The position numbers were made by a program, and so were the translations under genes. A model generated the notes under the pieces. It had not been told where the DNA came from. It ran no database searches and worked only from the letters and a program-made list of their open reading frames with translations. A stretch of 63,885 nucleotides of DNA, the filler included. It is 6 parts of 6 records of this genome, joined end to end, with 100 filler letters (N's around TTAATTAATTAA, not from the genome) between each part and the next. Parts side by side here need not be neighbours in the genome. Positions count along the whole stretch, not along the records: positions 47,922 to 54,164 come from SRR31156797_1449; positions 54,265 to 63,885 come from SRR31156797_1453; 4 more parts are not named here. One strand, written 5' to 3'. Each line of letters begins with the position of its first letter. Within the stretch, counting starts at the first letter, position 1. This document shows positions 51,329 through 61,738 of the stretch, in pieces.

Positions 51329-52429
51329 TCAGTACTCCACCAGAATGCTGTCGACGGGCTTGCGTTCCAGCTCGGGAGGATTCCAGTCCGCCGCAGGATA
51401 GCCCACGGGCATGACCAGATAGGGCCTTTCGTTCTCAGGGCGTTCCAGGATCTCGCTTAAGAAGGTCATGGGCGAGGGGGTATAGGGGAGAGTGGCCAGC
51501 CCTTTGAGATGGAGAGCGGCCATCAGGAAACCCGTGGCGAGGCCCAGGGACTCCGCGGGATAGTAGTGATTGATCTTCCGCCCCTCATGATCCCTTCCGT
51601 AGCGCTGCAGAAAGAGGACGATCAGACAGGGAGCCTCTTCCAGAAAGCTCTTCTCCGCCCCTGTCCGCAGATCGGCCAGGTCGTCCCGCCAGGCCTTTGT
51701 CCCGGCACTCTCGTAGAAGCGGGTTTCCACCTTCTCCGCCGCCTTGCGGATCCTGTGCTTGACCCCGGGCGAACTGACAAGCGCAAAGGTCCAGGGCTGG
51801 CAGTTGGCCCCGCTGGGAGCGGTGCCTGCGATCTCGATGCAGCTCCGCACCGTATCCAGATCCACAGCTTTTTTAGCAAAGCGCCTGACCGAGCGCCTGG
51901 CCCGGAACTTCATCAGCATAGGATCCTCACCGGCTCGGTCCTTTCCTTCCCTGCCGGAGAAGGCCTCGGCTCCGGGATAGTTCAGACGGTCACGGGCCAT
52001 ACCCTTCGAAAAGAGTCTGTAGCATGCGCTCCCCCTGGTGCAGAGCCGTCCCTTGGCATCCCTCAGTTCCACCCCGATCACGGCGGATCGGCGTTCTTGC
52101 CGCTCCAGCACGGCCTCCAGGCGGAAAGGGCCGTTCTTTATGGCCGCCGATTTAAGATACTCCACCTCCAGACGATCGGTCACGCCGGCTGTTCCGCAGA
52201 TGGTGAATACCACCCAGCTGGCGATCTCATCGATCAAGGTGCTCTGGATCCCGCCGTGAACCACGCCGTCGAAGCCCTGGAACTGGGAACGGGGCGTCCA
52301 TTCGGAGACCAGCCTGTCCCCTTCCCGCCGGAAGGTCATCCCCAGTCCCTGATGGTTCAGCTCTGGCGGAGCGCAGCCGAAACAGCCGTAACCGGGCATG
52401 TCCGTAAAGGGATTCGTTATCTTATGCAT
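51329..52429 (-). CDS. PaaI/hotdog thioesterase fused to iodotyrosine-deiodinase-like nitroreductase
   Basis: N-terminus: CFGC...N..GL, HGGIQSTLIDE. C-terminus: RRSVRRF, GTAPSGAN.QPW.F, ETRFY, KSFLEEAP, TPSPM.FL...L.RP.NE, PVGYP. RBS GGAGG before ATG 52429. Confidence 0.85.
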   Translation of the reverse strand: MHKITNPFTDMPGYGCFGCAPPELNHQGLGMTFRREGDRLVSEWTPRSQFQGFDGVVHGGIQSTLIDEIASWVVFTICGTAGVTDRLEVEYLKSAAIKNGPFRLEAVLERQERRSAVIGVELRDAKGRLCTRGSACYRLFSKGMARDRLNYPGAEAFSGREGKDRAGEDPMLMKFRARRSVRRFAKKAVDLDTVRSCIEIAGTAPSGANCQPWTFALVSSPGVKHRIRKAAEKVETRFYESAGTKAWRDDLADLRTGAEKSFLEEAPCLIVLFLQRYGRDHEGRKINHYYPAESLGLATGFLMAALHLKGLATLPYTPSPMTFLSEILERPENERPYLVMPVGYPAADWNPPELERKPVDSILVEY

Positions 52430-52430
52430 T

Positions 52431-53795
52431 TCAAGCCTCCTCGGCGGCGGGCAGATAAAAACCGAAGCGCGCTCCGCCCTCTGTTCTGTTTGCGGCACTC
52501 ACCCTGCCGCCGTTGTCTTCCACAATCCTTTTCACTACGGCCAGCCCCAGTCCGGAGCCCTCGGAAACACCCGGCCGCGACTGGTAAAAACGTTCGAATA
52601 TGCGCTCCCGGTCTTCCTCGTGAATCCCCGGTCCCTGGTCCCTGATCCCGACGAATACGAGGCCGGCCCGCGATTCGACTCGAACGCTGATCCGGCTCTC
52701 TTCGGGGGACCATTTCAGCGCATTGTCCAGGATGTTAGAGAGGGCCATCTCAAGGCGGTGCGGATCCCCCATGACCTCTCCCGACGGGCCTGAAAGGTCC
52801 AGGAAGATCTTCTTTGCATCAGCCTTGGATTCCACTCCCTTCCAGGCCTTGCGACAGAGATTCTTAAGAGAGCAGAGTTCCTTCCTTGCGCTGGAACGCT
52901 CCGATTCGATCCTGGTCAGTTCCACAAGGTCTCCGATGATGCGTGACAGCTTATCCGTCTGCTGCCGGCAATCGCTCAGCAGCTCGGCCCGCCTGTGGAC
53001 CATGCCGGGAAGATCGCTTTCCAGCAGTTCCAGAAAGGTTGTCAGGGCGGTAACCGGCGTTCTCAGCTGATGGGAGGCGTCCTGAAGGAAGCGCTTCATC
53101 ACATCCCTCTCCTCCTCCAGGGTATGGAAACCGGCGGCGAGCTGGCTGCGCATGTCCCCCAGGCTGCGAGTCAGGAGCTCCAGCTCCCGGCTGTTGGTCT
53201 CCGGGAGGGGACCGTCCCAGCGGTGCGAGCTGATCTCGGCCGCCACCAGGGAGAGCCGGGCTATGGGCCTGGCGATCCTCCTCCCGCTGTAGCGCCCCAG
53301 AAGGATGGCGAGCACCACGGCCGCCAGGGCCGCCAGGGCGATGCCAGGCACCAGAAGGAATCCGGGATGGTAGAAATACTCGTCAAAGCGCATCACCACC
53401 AGAACATGGTCTTCCAGATAGGGGAAGGTCATCCTTCGCCTGGCTACGGGCATTACGGGCAGGTGGGGCAGGGAAAAGCCGCCCGGACTGGCATGGAGCG
53501 CCGATGACTCGGCCACAAGGACTCCCTTCCCGTCCTCCAGCCGGAGGACCACGTTGTTACGCAGGCCGAAGCGGTCCAGGGCGTCGTCAAGATCCGCCAG
53601 GGGGGCCGAGTGCTCCAGGTAGGCCCGGATCTGACGCTCCGCTTCCTCGGCTATGCCGCCCAGATACTCCTCCTCCCAGCGGTTGTAGCTTCGCACGGAG
53701 ATCCAGAAGGTCAGGATCCCGACGGCCAGAATGGAGACCAGAGCGATAAGGATAAAGCTGTAGACCAGGCGGACCTGTAGGGAGAGCTTCTTCAT
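52431..53795 (-). CDS. Sensor histidine kinase (2 TM, HAMP, HisKA, HATPase)
   Basis: DASHQLRTP, NILDNALK, DQGPGI, IFERFY, GSGLGL. Confidence 0.92.
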   Translation of the reverse strand: MKKLSLQVRLVYSFILIALVSILAVGILTFWISVRSYNRWEEEYLGGIAEEAERQIRAYLEHSAPLADLDDALDRFGLRNNVVLRLEDGKGVLVAESSALHASPGGFSLPHLPVMPVARRRMTFPYLEDHVLVVMRFDEYFYHPGFLLVPGIALAALAAVVLAILLGRYSGRRIARPIARLSLVAAEISSHRWDGPLPETNSRELELLTRSLGDMRSQLAAGFHTLEEERDVMKRFLQDASHQLRTPVTALTTFLELLESDLPGMVHRRAELLSDCRQQTDKLSRIIGDLVELTRIESERSSARKELCSLKNLCRKAWKGVESKADAKKIFLDLSGPSGEVMGDPHRLEMALSNILDNALKWSPEESRISVRVESRAGLVFVGIRDQGPGIHEEDRERIFERFYQSRPGVSEGSGLGLAVVKRIVEDNGGRVSAANRTEGGARFGFYLPAAEEA

Positions 53796-53877
53796 CCTCT
53801 ACAGGATACAGGGAATCGGAGATCATGAACAGAAAGAACTTTCCCGTCCGGGAGCTCGCCTCGTAGCGGCCGAGACA

Positions 53878-53903
53878 GAAAAGGGCTCCCTTCCGGGAGC
53901 CCT
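53878..53903 (-). terminator. Terminator after the hydrogenase gene
   Basis: AGGGCTCCC-GGAA-GGGAGCCCT followed by TTT on the minus strand. Confidence 0.7.
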
Positions 53904-53939
53904 CGCGTCAATCAGACTTGAACCGTCTCAAAAAAGAGA

Positions 53940-54164
53940 TTACTTCTGATAAAGCTTTCTTTCCTGATAGGTGGTGTGGAGCAGCTCGTGGGCCTTGTGG
54001 CTCAGGGGCTCGCCCAGGAAGTCCTTGTAGATCTCAACGATCTCGGGATTCTCATGGGATTTCCGTACGGTGCTCTTCTCATCGTCGGTGTAGATACCGG
54101 CGATTCTCTTATCGCGGATATCGTCTTCCGTTCCGTAGGGCTGACCGCCACCGGCGATACAACC
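53940..54164 (-). CDS. [FeFe]-hydrogenase catalytic subunit, 3' end only
   Basis: Manual translation GCIAGGGQP (H-cluster L3 motif)...RKSHENPEI...AHELLHTTY. Confidence 0.9.
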   Translation of the reverse strand, partial: GCIAGGGQPYGTEDDIRDKRIAGIYTDDEKSTVRKSHENPEIVEIYKDFLGEPLSHKAHELLHTTYQERKLYQK

Positions 54165-54264
54165 NNNNNNNNNNNNNNNNNNNNNNNNNNNNNNNNNNNN
54201 NNNNNNNNTTAATTAATTAANNNNNNNNNNNNNNNNNNNNNNNNNNNNNNNNNNNNNNNNNNNN
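54165..54264. other. Artificial contig spacer
   Basis: N44-TTAATTAATTAA-N44. Confidence 0.99.
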
Positions 54265-54356
54265 CGGGCTTCTTCCAGTTCGGTGGAGGCTTTTCTATCG
54301 AAAAACCCCCTTAACATCAAGTAGTTCATGAAAATCCAATCCCCGGGAGGTGATGA

Positions 54357-54929
54357 ATGAAAACTGAACTGATCGAATTGTTGTGTAAAAAATCCTTCAA
54401 ATATACCGAGGCTCCCTCATTTAAACTGGTCTCGGGCCGAATGAGCCGTTTTTACGTAAACTGCAAACCCACGACCTTGAGCCCCCGGGGGATGTTCCTT
54501 ACCGGTCACCTGATGTTCGAGGCCATGGAAGGAAGCAATGCAGCAGCCGTTGGCGGCCTCACCTTCGGTGCGGACCCGATCGCCATGGCGACGGCCTTTG
54601 CATCTGAATTAAAAGGAAGTCCCGTCAACGCCTTCTCCATCAGAAAAACCCAGAAAGATCATGGTATCGTCAAATGGGTGGAAGGGGATGTTCAACCCGG
54701 AGAAAAGGTGGTGGTGATTGACGATGTAGCCACTACGGGCGGATCGACGGTGAAAGCCATCGAGCGTGCCAGATCCGAAGGGCTGAAAGTCGTACGCGCT
54801 TTGATTCTGGTGGATCGCCAGGAAGGAGGGATGGAAAACATTCGCAACCACGTAGCCGATGCGTCGGCCATCATCACCCGGGATGAATTGGTGGAATGCT
54901 GGAAAAAAAGAAGCACTTCTGGAGAATGA
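54357..54929 (+). CDS. pyrE: Orotate phosphoribosyltransferase
   Basis: [45 protein letters not shown]. Confidence 0.92.
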   Translation: MKTELIELLCKKSFKYTEAPSFKLVSGRMSRFYVNCKPTTLSPRGMFLTGHLMFEAMEGSNAAAVGGLTFGADPIAMATAFASELKGSPVNAFSIRKTQKDHGIVKWVEGDVQPGEKVVVIDDVATTGGSTVKAIERARSEGLKVVRALILVDRQEGGMENIRNHVADASAIITRDELVECWKKRSTSGE

Positions 54930-54984
54930 GGTACAGGGAAGATGTAAACGGCCCGATACAACAATTATGGTAAGCCAGGCATTG

Positions 54985-55124
54985 CGTCCTTTCAGAAATG
55001 GAGATTTGGTTTCAGGCCAAGGCCGCAGCGAGGTTGAGACCGCAAGCGTAGCAGCGCTACGTTGAGGATCTCAGCTGAGCAAAAACGACGGCCTGGGCTG
55101 AAAGATGCCTTTTCTGAAAGGACG
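54985..55124. repeat. 140-bp nested inverted-repeat element (MITE/REP-like)
   Basis: Perfect 14-bp terminal IR CGTCCTTTCAGAAA / TTTCTGAAAGGACG; internal CAGGCC/GGCCTG and CGTAGC-AGC-GCTACG. Confidence 0.75.
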
Positions 55125-55128
55125 AAAA

Positions 55129-55500
55129 TTATTCGGGGTAGTAGGTTGAACACGCATCGTCCGACTCCCAGGTCGTCACCCGGCTGACGGTCACCCCCGG
55201 TTCGTCGAGCATTTCCTGCAGGCTTTGGGCAATGTATACGGCCAGGTTTTCCGAAGAAGGCTGCAACTCTTTAAAGTACGGCAGTTCATTTAAGAACTTG
55301 TGGTCCAGCCGTTTCATAATCTCCCTGACATGCTTTTTAACGATGCCGAAATCCATAACAACACCGGCATCATCCAGGCGCTCCCCCTTCACGCACACCT
55401 CGACCTTCCAGTTGTGACCATGAAGATTTTCACATTTTTTCGCCACCATGGTCAATTGGTGCGCCGCGGAAAAATGACTCAATATTTTTAGCTCGAACAT
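55129..55500 (-). CDS. queD: 6-carboxytetrahydropterin synthase
   Basis: FSAAH.L...KCENLHGHNW, MDFG, LDHKFLN, PSSENLA, WES. Confidence 0.92.
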   Translation of the reverse strand: MFELKILSHFSAAHQLTMVAKKCENLHGHNWKVEVCVKGERLDDAGVVMDFGIVKKHVREIMKRLDHKFLNELPYFKELQPSSENLAVYIAQSLQEMLDEPGVTVSRVTTWESDDACSTYYPE

Positions 55501-55521
55501 GTGATTTCAACTCCTGTTTCA

Positions 55522-55624
55522 ATAGGGTGGGAGACTGTTCTTTGGCAAGGATAGAGGGAGAACGTTGTCTGTGGGTATACCGCGACGGCCGATGAGGCAG
55601 TCAAAAAAGTCTCTCCCATTCTAT
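55522..55624. repeat. Degenerate inverted-repeat element
   Basis: ATAGGGTGGGAGACT ... AGTCTCTCCCATTCTAT ends; central TGTGGGTATACCGCG. Confidence 0.5.
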
Positions 55625-55625
55625 A

Positions 55626-56741
55626 CTAATTGGCTGCTCTCGTTGGCCCGCTTTTCAATATATTTTTCAATTTACTGGTAAATTTTCCCTCTTCCAAGGA
55701 TGCAAACTCCTTGAGCAAAGCGACCTGTTTTTTATTGAGATTGGTCGGGGTCTTCACATTGACTTGAACAATCTGATCACCTCGGTGACCATTTCTTAAG
55801 GACGGGATCCCTTCGCCGCGAAGTCGAAAAATATCTCCGGGCTGCGTACCCTTGGGAACTTCCAAATCTGTTTCGCCGTTCAGCGTTGGAATTTTTATGG
55901 AATCGCCCAAAGCCGCCTGGACAAATGAAATGGGAATCTGGCACAGGACACTGGTATCATCACGCTTGAAAAAATCGTGTTCTTCTGCCCGGATAAAAAC
56001 ATACAGATCACCGTGCGGACCGCCGTGATGCCCCGCCTCCCCTTCACCGGTAAGCCGAAGTCGCGAACCATTGTCCACGCCGGCAGGAATTCTAACGGAA
56101 ACTTTTTTCCGGACAAGGACCTTCCCCCGACCCTTGCAGGTTTTACAGGGGCTGGAAATCACCTGGCCCTGGCCACGGCAGTGACCGCATGTGGTCCTTA
56201 CAGTGAAAAAGCCCTGGCTTCGGCCCACCTGCCCACTGCCCCCACAATGCGGACAGGTCTCCACACCCGTGCCCGGTGCAGCGCCAGAACCTTCACATTC
56301 GTTACAGGCCTCCGCCTTTTCAACATCAATCTCTTTTTCCGTTCCGAAAGCCGCTTCCATGAAAGAAAGCTGCATGTCATATCGGAGATCACTGCCCCGA
56401 TTGGCCCGGCTCCGAGAGCGGCGCCCTCCACCAAACCCGAAAAAGTCTTCAAAAATATCTCCGAAGCTGGAAAAGATATCCTCGAAGCCTCCGAAACCTG
56501 AAAAGCCTGATCCTTCCAGCCCTTGATGACCGTATTGATCATAGATTTGCCTCTTCTGGCCGTCCCGGAGCACTTCATAGGCTTCGGCAGCTTCCTTGAA
56601 CTTATCTTCCGCTTCACGGTCACCGGGATTTTTATCGGGATGAAATTTTAAGGCAAGTTTCCGATAGGCTTTTTTTAGATCTGAATCACTGGCGTTACGC
56701 TCAACGCCAAGCACCTCGTAATAATCTCGTTTGGTTGTCAT
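55626..56741 (-). CDS. dnaJ: Chaperone DnaJ
   Basis: HPD J-domain, G/F region, four CxxCxGxG repeats. Confidence 0.97.
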   Translation of the reverse strand: MTTKRDYYEVLGVERNASDSDLKKAYRKLALKFHPDKNPGDREAEDKFKEAAEAYEVLRDGQKRQIYDQYGHQGLEGSGFSGFGGFEDIFSSFGDIFEDFFGFGGGRRSRSRANRGSDLRYDMQLSFMEAAFGTEKEIDVEKAEACNECEGSGAAPGTGVETCPHCGGSGQVGRSQGFFTVRTTCGHCRGQGQVISSPCKTCKGRGKVLVRKKVSVRIPAGVDNGSRLRLTGEGEAGHHGGPHGDLYVFIRAEEHDFFKRDDTSVLCQIPISFVQAALGDSIKIPTLNGETDLEVPKGTQPGDIFRLRGEGIPSLRNGHRGDQIVQVNVKTPTNLNKKQVALLKEFASLEEGKFTSKLKNILKSGPTRAAN

Positions 56742-56828
56742 GAATCGTCCTGAAAATGCGTCTTCGTTATATTGTCACAAGAGATTGGTTATGTTAAGTT
56801 TCCCATCTTTAATTAATGAACTAACGTA

Positions 56829-57566
56829 ATGCAAGATGAAAGGTTGTCAATGCAGCGCAAAGAGCTTCCGTTCATCCGTGAAATGTTCGACGGCATAGCC
56901 CCCCGTTATGATTTTTTAAACCGTCTGCTCAGCCTCCGCCAGGATGTGATCTGGCGTAAAAAAATGATTTCCCTGCTAAATCTTCCCGACAAGGGCAAGG
57001 TGCTGGACGTGGCCTGCGGCACCGGTGATGTTGCACTGGAAATCTTCCGGAAAAAAGGGCCTTTGGTTCAAATCATTGGGCTCGATTTTTCACTGGGCAT
57101 GCTCCGGTTGGCCCAGGAAAAAATCAAAAAGGCTCCAAATTCGCCCATTTTCCTGTTAAACGGCGACGCCCTTTCCCTTCCCGTTGGCAAATCGGTATTT
57201 CATGCGGTGACCATCGCCTTCGGCATACGAAACATTCAAAACAAAGTTAAAGCGCTAAAAGCTTTTCACGATTGCCTTGTTCCCGGGGGGAAAATCGTTG
57301 TTCTGGAATTGTCCACTCCCGGAGAAAGCCGGATTCGAGATGCCTATAAGGCCTATTTTATCCGAATACTACCGCTTGTCGGCCGCCTGTTTTCCAAACA
57401 CAACTTCGCCTATTCATACCTTCCTGAATCTGTATCCCGTTTCCCTGCGCCCGATGAATTCATGAAAACAATGGTCCATGCCGGCTTTTCCGATGTTACC
57501 TGTCAACGCCTGACCTTCGGGATTGCCAATCTTTTTATTGGAAATAAAGAGACGGCATCAATATAG
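56829..57566 (+). CDS. ubiE: UbiE/MenG methyltransferase
   Basis: MFDGIAPRYD.LNR.LS, LDVACGTGD, IAFGIRN, AYSYLPESV..FP; the start may be ATG 56850. Confidence 0.85.
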   Translation: MQDERLSMQRKELPFIREMFDGIAPRYDFLNRLLSLRQDVIWRKKMISLLNLPDKGKVLDVACGTGDVALEIFRKKGPLVQIIGLDFSLGMLRLAQEKIKKAPNSPIFLLNGDALSLPVGKSVFHAVTIAFGIRNIQNKVKALKAFHDCLVPGGKIVVLELSTPGESRIRDAYKAYFIRILPLVGRLFSKHNFAYSYLPESVSRFPAPDEFMKTMVHAGFSDVTCQRLTFGIANLFIGNKETASI

Positions 57567-57777
57567 AACCGATTGCAAGCGTTACATGTAAACGAACTGC
57601 ATCGAAAGGATGACGTTGTCCTGTTATCGCTCATTCATGACGATTGATAAACAATTTTTCTCCGGATAAAGGGCTCGATATTCCCCGCCGATACAGTATT
57701 GGATGAAGGAAAAGGCCAACTGCGGACGGCAACAGATAAGAAAAAACCCATCAAAGAACAGAAAGCGGACGGAATCG

Positions 57778-58734
57778 ATGAAACGCAACCTGACAATACT
57801 ATGGCTGGCAACCATCATCCGTACCCTGTCACCTGCAGCTGCATGGCCGTCGGACAATCAACATTCTTTAGAGACATGTATCGATATCGCACTGAAAAAC
57901 AACCACCGGCAGCAGATATCACGGCTCGCCGTGGAAACCGCAGAGGCACAGCTTCAGCAGGCCCTCTCCTCCTACTGGCCCCAAATTTCCTTTCAAAGCG
58001 GATACAATCGACTGGACGAAGACCTCAATTTCATTTTTCCTGAAGAGACAAGCCAGTACACCATCAGCGGCATCGGCCAGGATCCGGTCAGCGCCACAGT
58101 CAACGTACCCGCCAAAGACGTTACCGTCATCGAGCGGGACAATCTGCTATCCCGCCTGAACCTGATGCTGCCGATATTCACCGGCGGCATGCGCCCAGCC
58201 GTTGTTCGCCAGGCAAAGGCCGGCGTCGAGGCGGCACAGCACGCCCGGAAAAGGACCCAGTTGGAGTTGATCCACGATGTAAAGCGCTTCTATTTCGGAG
58301 CCATTCTTGCACGACAGGTAGCAGCCATTGGCGATGACGCCAAAGTGGATGAGGAAAAAGCCGAACGATGGCCAATGATCGGGGCCACTGGAACCTTATG
58401 GCGATGGGATCACGGCATGGATAACAGCGGCATGGGAACCGACCGGAACAGTGAGGGCTGGCCTGTGGGTGTAGGGCTTGAACTCCCCATTTTTACAGGA
58501 TTTTTAACCACCAATAAGAACAAGGTGGAAAAGGTGTTGGCCATGGGGGCATCAAGCTTTTTGAAAAAACCCTGCCGCCTGGGCGACCTTGCCGAATCGG
58601 TCTGTGAAGCATTGAAACAAGGGATTTTACTTTTCAGCTTGAATGGATGTAAAGATGGCTTCAACAGCACCAAAGGCTGTGGCCACGGCAAGTCCGGTAC
58701 CGCTCTTTGTACGAATCCAGTCCTGATGGGCTAA
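57778..58734 (+). pseudogene. TolC-family remnant with internal deletion, fused to a receiver-domain tail
   Basis: SLETCIDIALKNN...A.S.YWPQI...LPIFTGG..., then jumps to the second repeat (LELPIFTG), then ends in LAMGASSFLKKP..L.DL...V..AL. The ORF tail overlaps glpB. Confidence 0.65.
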
Positions 58735-59925
58735 AATCGAACCGGCGGCATAAAGATTGTCGTAGACCGGACGGTCTCTTTTCTCCAGCGGTCGGAAAAA
58801 CTTGTCCACCTCCAAACCAGCCAAATTGATGGTGTGGCCTTTCGGGTCGAGAAACGACTCCCTGTGCCAGCAGCTGCGGTCATCCGGTTGAAGAACGGGC
58901 AATTCCAAGAGGGGTTCGCGAATTCCCTTTCGTTCGGCAGACAACCCTTTTCCCAAGAACCGGCCTGTGGCCAACAGCACCCGATCAGCCCTTACAGTGA
59001 TCTCCGGTTCGGTTCGTCCCACCTCCAGCAGGAACCGCCCATCTTTTTCTCTCCGGACGGATTGCACGAGATGATGGTAATAGGTTTGGACCCCCAACCG
59101 GGGAAGGTGAAAATCGAAAACTTCCTTAAGGCGCACACCGGCAACGGCTGGCGGCATGGTGGGAATCTCGAAAACAGGCATTTCGAGCAGTTCTCCAAGG
59201 TCCCGGCAAACCCCTGCCGGGTCCTGGATGCCGAGAACCGCCGGCATCCCGATAACCTCCGCACTCCCTATGTGGGGACGGATCGCATCGGCCATTTCTT
59301 TTAGAGCCTCTTTAGCCTGCAGCCCCCTGGCAATGTGTTCGGCATATTTCGGTCCCAGTCGTTTTTCCCACGGAAGATCAATCGTTGCAGCCGACAATTT
59401 CGCCCAGCTGTGTTTGGCCGTCTCGACCAACTGGGCAGCACTGAACCCTCTCAGCCCACGAATATCCACAATCAGGCAGGGCAACTTCTCTTCCAAGGCC
59501 TGAACGCCGGCCCACATGGACTCGGGAATCCGAAATGTCCGTTTCACGGTTCCCACCGATGTGAGCAACCGAACATTTTTATTCAGGTATCCCGTGTAAG
59601 GCTGTCCGGCCTCTTTCATGAAATGGGTCAACCCATCCATGGCAGCTTTGATCTGCTGTATGTTCATCCGAGAGTAGGGATGTTCGGGATGCTTCTCTTT
59701 CAGTCTCTTCAGGCCCACCCAGGGATCTTCGATCAGTTCTCTTGATGGGCCATGAGAAACCCCGTACAGATCGAACAGCCCGCTTGCATAGAGGGTTTCG
59801 CCTGTTCGTCCTGCTTGAATTGTGTCGATTCCTCGACCGGCTGCAAAAATCCCTGCCGCGATTCCTGCCATTCCGGCGCCGATGATAAACAGTTCGCAAG
59901 AGAGGTTGTTTTGTTTTGTTCCCAT
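58627..59925 (-). CDS. glpB: Anaerobic glycerol-3-phosphate dehydrogenase subunit B
   Basis: IIGAGMAG, MPAVLG, FEIPTMPP.V.G.RL, LATGRFLG.GL, NLYAAGSIL, SGTGLAVAT. Confidence 0.9.
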   Translation of the reverse strand: MGTKQNNLSCELFIIGAGMAGIAAGIFAAGRGIDTIQAGRTGETLYASGLFDLYGVSHGPSRELIEDPWVGLKRLKEKHPEHPYSRMNIQQIKAAMDGLTHFMKEAGQPYTGYLNKNVRLLTSVGTVKRTFRIPESMWAGVQALEEKLPCLIVDIRGLRGFSAAQLVETAKHSWAKLSAATIDLPWEKRLGPKYAEHIARGLQAKEALKEMADAIRPHIGSAEVIGMPAVLGIQDPAGVCRDLGELLEMPVFEIPTMPPAVAGVRLKEVFDFHLPRLGVQTYYHHLVQSVRREKDGRFLLEVGRTEPEITVRADRVLLATGRFLGKGLSAERKGIREPLLELPVLQPDDRSCWHRESFLDPKGHTINLAGLEVDKFFRPLEKRDRPVYDNLYAAGSILAHQDWIRTKSGTGLAVATAFGAVEAIFTSIQAEK

Positions 59926-61493
59926 TAGATTAATTCATCCACATCCAGGTTGAGCAATCCGCAATGAAGCGCTTCCTGCAACTCGGCCTGGGAGACTGCA
60001 GCCCCCCACAATAAGGGTTGCATTCCCTTCCAGCGTTCGTTGAGAAAATCCTTTAGTTCGTCAACGCCCTCACTCCCCTTCAACATTCCCTCGTTGTACA
60101 TGTGCGCCGCTATACGGAGGCTGCAAAAAGAGCCCTGACAAGGCCCCTTTCCAATCCGGCTTCGCTGTCCCATCTCCCGGAGTCCCAACCGATGGCCATT
60201 TTCGCTCAAAGATGCCGCGATCTCGTTGAAAACGTCCGTAGAAACCATTTCACATTCACACAACAACAGATCGGATGGGTCTTTTTTTTGAAACCACAGT
60301 TTGGGAGTGAGTCCGGGTTCCGTATACCGGGCCTCATCGGAAGCGGGCAGAGGTTCGGTCCCAGTGCGACAGGCCTGGGTAACCCCCATTTTTCGGCAAA
60401 CCAGATTCGCTGTCTTTTCCGCCATCAGCCGATAGGTGGTCAGTTTACCTCCCGTAATGGTGATAAAATTTTCGAGACCGTCCACCTCGTGATCCACTAA
60501 AGAGAACCCCCGGCTCACTGTCCGATCATCGTCTCCACCGCCTGATTTCACCAAAGGACGAACACCGGCATAGGCACGAATGTATCGCGTATCCGACAGT
60601 TTCGGAACCATGGCCATTCCATCGTCGATCATGGTATCGATTTCGGCGGTCGTTGGGCGGCAGTGGTCAGGATCGTCAATTCGTTTGGAAGTGGTGCCAA
60701 AAATGGATACCGTACCCGCAGGAACCAGAATGTCTGCATCCGCTGCTTTGCGAAGGCGATTGATCACCCTTTCACCGATTCGCATCTGGCTAATCACCAA
60801 AGTGCCCTGGGAATAAACCATGTTTATAGGGGCGCCGGCCAGTGCGGCAACCTCACCGGCCCATGCTCCCGAGGCATTCACGATAAAATCAGCCTTCACG
60901 CGCACCTCTTCACCCCGGCAACCATCCATCAGCCGAACCGATTCTATTTTGCTTCCCTTTTTTTCGAAACCGACCACTTTATGATGCATCAGCTGAGTGG
61001 CACCCAGCTTACAGGCCTGGTTGATATTATCCAAAGAGAGCATGAATGGATCGATGGAACCGTCTTCCACGGAAAAAGCGGCGATGAGATTCGGAGAAAG
61101 GGAAGGCTCCATTTCCAGTGCCTCTTTGGGATCCAATGCTTTGGCAGTGATGCCGCATCGCTGGCAATAGTCTTTAAAATCGGCGATGTATGTCTCATCA
61201 TCACCTTGAACGGCAACAAAAAGGCCGCCGGTATCCTCTATGCATTGGGGAGCAAGACGTTTGAGGATCTCACCTTCATCCCGGCACTCTTTTGCAGCTG
61301 CGGGATCGGAAGCGATATAGCGGGCACCACTGTGAAGCAATCCATGATTGCCTCCTGAAGCACCTGCATTGATATCCTGCTTTTCCGCCAGTATGCATCG
61401 AACCCCGCGAAGGCTCAGATCACGGGCCAAACCTGTTCCCGTGGCCCCTCCACCGATGATCAGCACCTGGGTTGTCCATGTTTTTGGCATCAT
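59925..61493 (-). CDS. glpA: Anaerobic glycerol-3-phosphate dehydrogenase subunit A
   Basis: GGGATG.G.ARD, NHGLLHSGARY, AYAGVRPL, GGKLTTYRLMAE, CECE...G.CQG.FC. Confidence 0.93.
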   Translation of the reverse strand: MMPKTWTTQVLIIGGGATGTGLARDLSLRGVRCILAEKQDINAGASGGNHGLLHSGARYIASDPAAAKECRDEGEILKRLAPQCIEDTGGLFVAVQGDDETYIADFKDYCQRCGITAKALDPKEALEMEPSLSPNLIAAFSVEDGSIDPFMLSLDNINQACKLGATQLMHHKVVGFEKKGSKIESVRLMDGCRGEEVRVKADFIVNASGAWAGEVAALAGAPINMVYSQGTLVISQMRIGERVINRLRKAADADILVPAGTVSIFGTTSKRIDDPDHCRPTTAEIDTMIDDGMAMVPKLSDTRYIRAYAGVRPLVKSGGGDDDRTVSRGFSLVDHEVDGLENFITITGGKLTTYRLMAEKTANLVCRKMGVTQACRTGTEPLPASDEARYTEPGLTPKLWFQKKDPSDLLLCECEMVSTDVFNEIAASLSENGHRLGLREMGQRSRIGKGPCQGSFCSLRIAAHMYNEGMLKGSEGVDELKDFLNERWKGMQPLLWGAAVSQAELQEALHCGLLNLDVDELI

Positions 61494-61556
61494 TGTTCAC
61501 ACTTCACGGCAAATTCGCATTTTCCATGACCCAATGTTATTTTAAAACAAAATTTC

Positions 61557-61572
61557 TTTTCGCTTGAGAAAA
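61557..61572. promoter_or_regulatory. Putative GlpR operator (glpA/glpR intergenic)
   Basis: TTTTCGCTTGAGAAAA, a TTTTC-N6-GAAAA dyad; near-identical copy at 62646. Confidence 0.65.
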
Positions 61573-61738
61573 AAACAACAAAATGTTAGAAAATTAAGCT
61601 GTTTTTGTCCCACTTATGCAAAATATTTAGCACAATAAAGGTTCCCTGTCACCTCAAAACTGTTCGTTTTTTCACAATTACAACTCTAAAACGTCATAAA
61701 CGAAAATAAATACGCCTTTTGGCCCATAGAAATGTGAC

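Noticed and set aside
55501-55624. preQ1 riboswitch upstream of queD
   Set aside because: No preQ1 consensus is visible; the region is a long inverted-repeat element.
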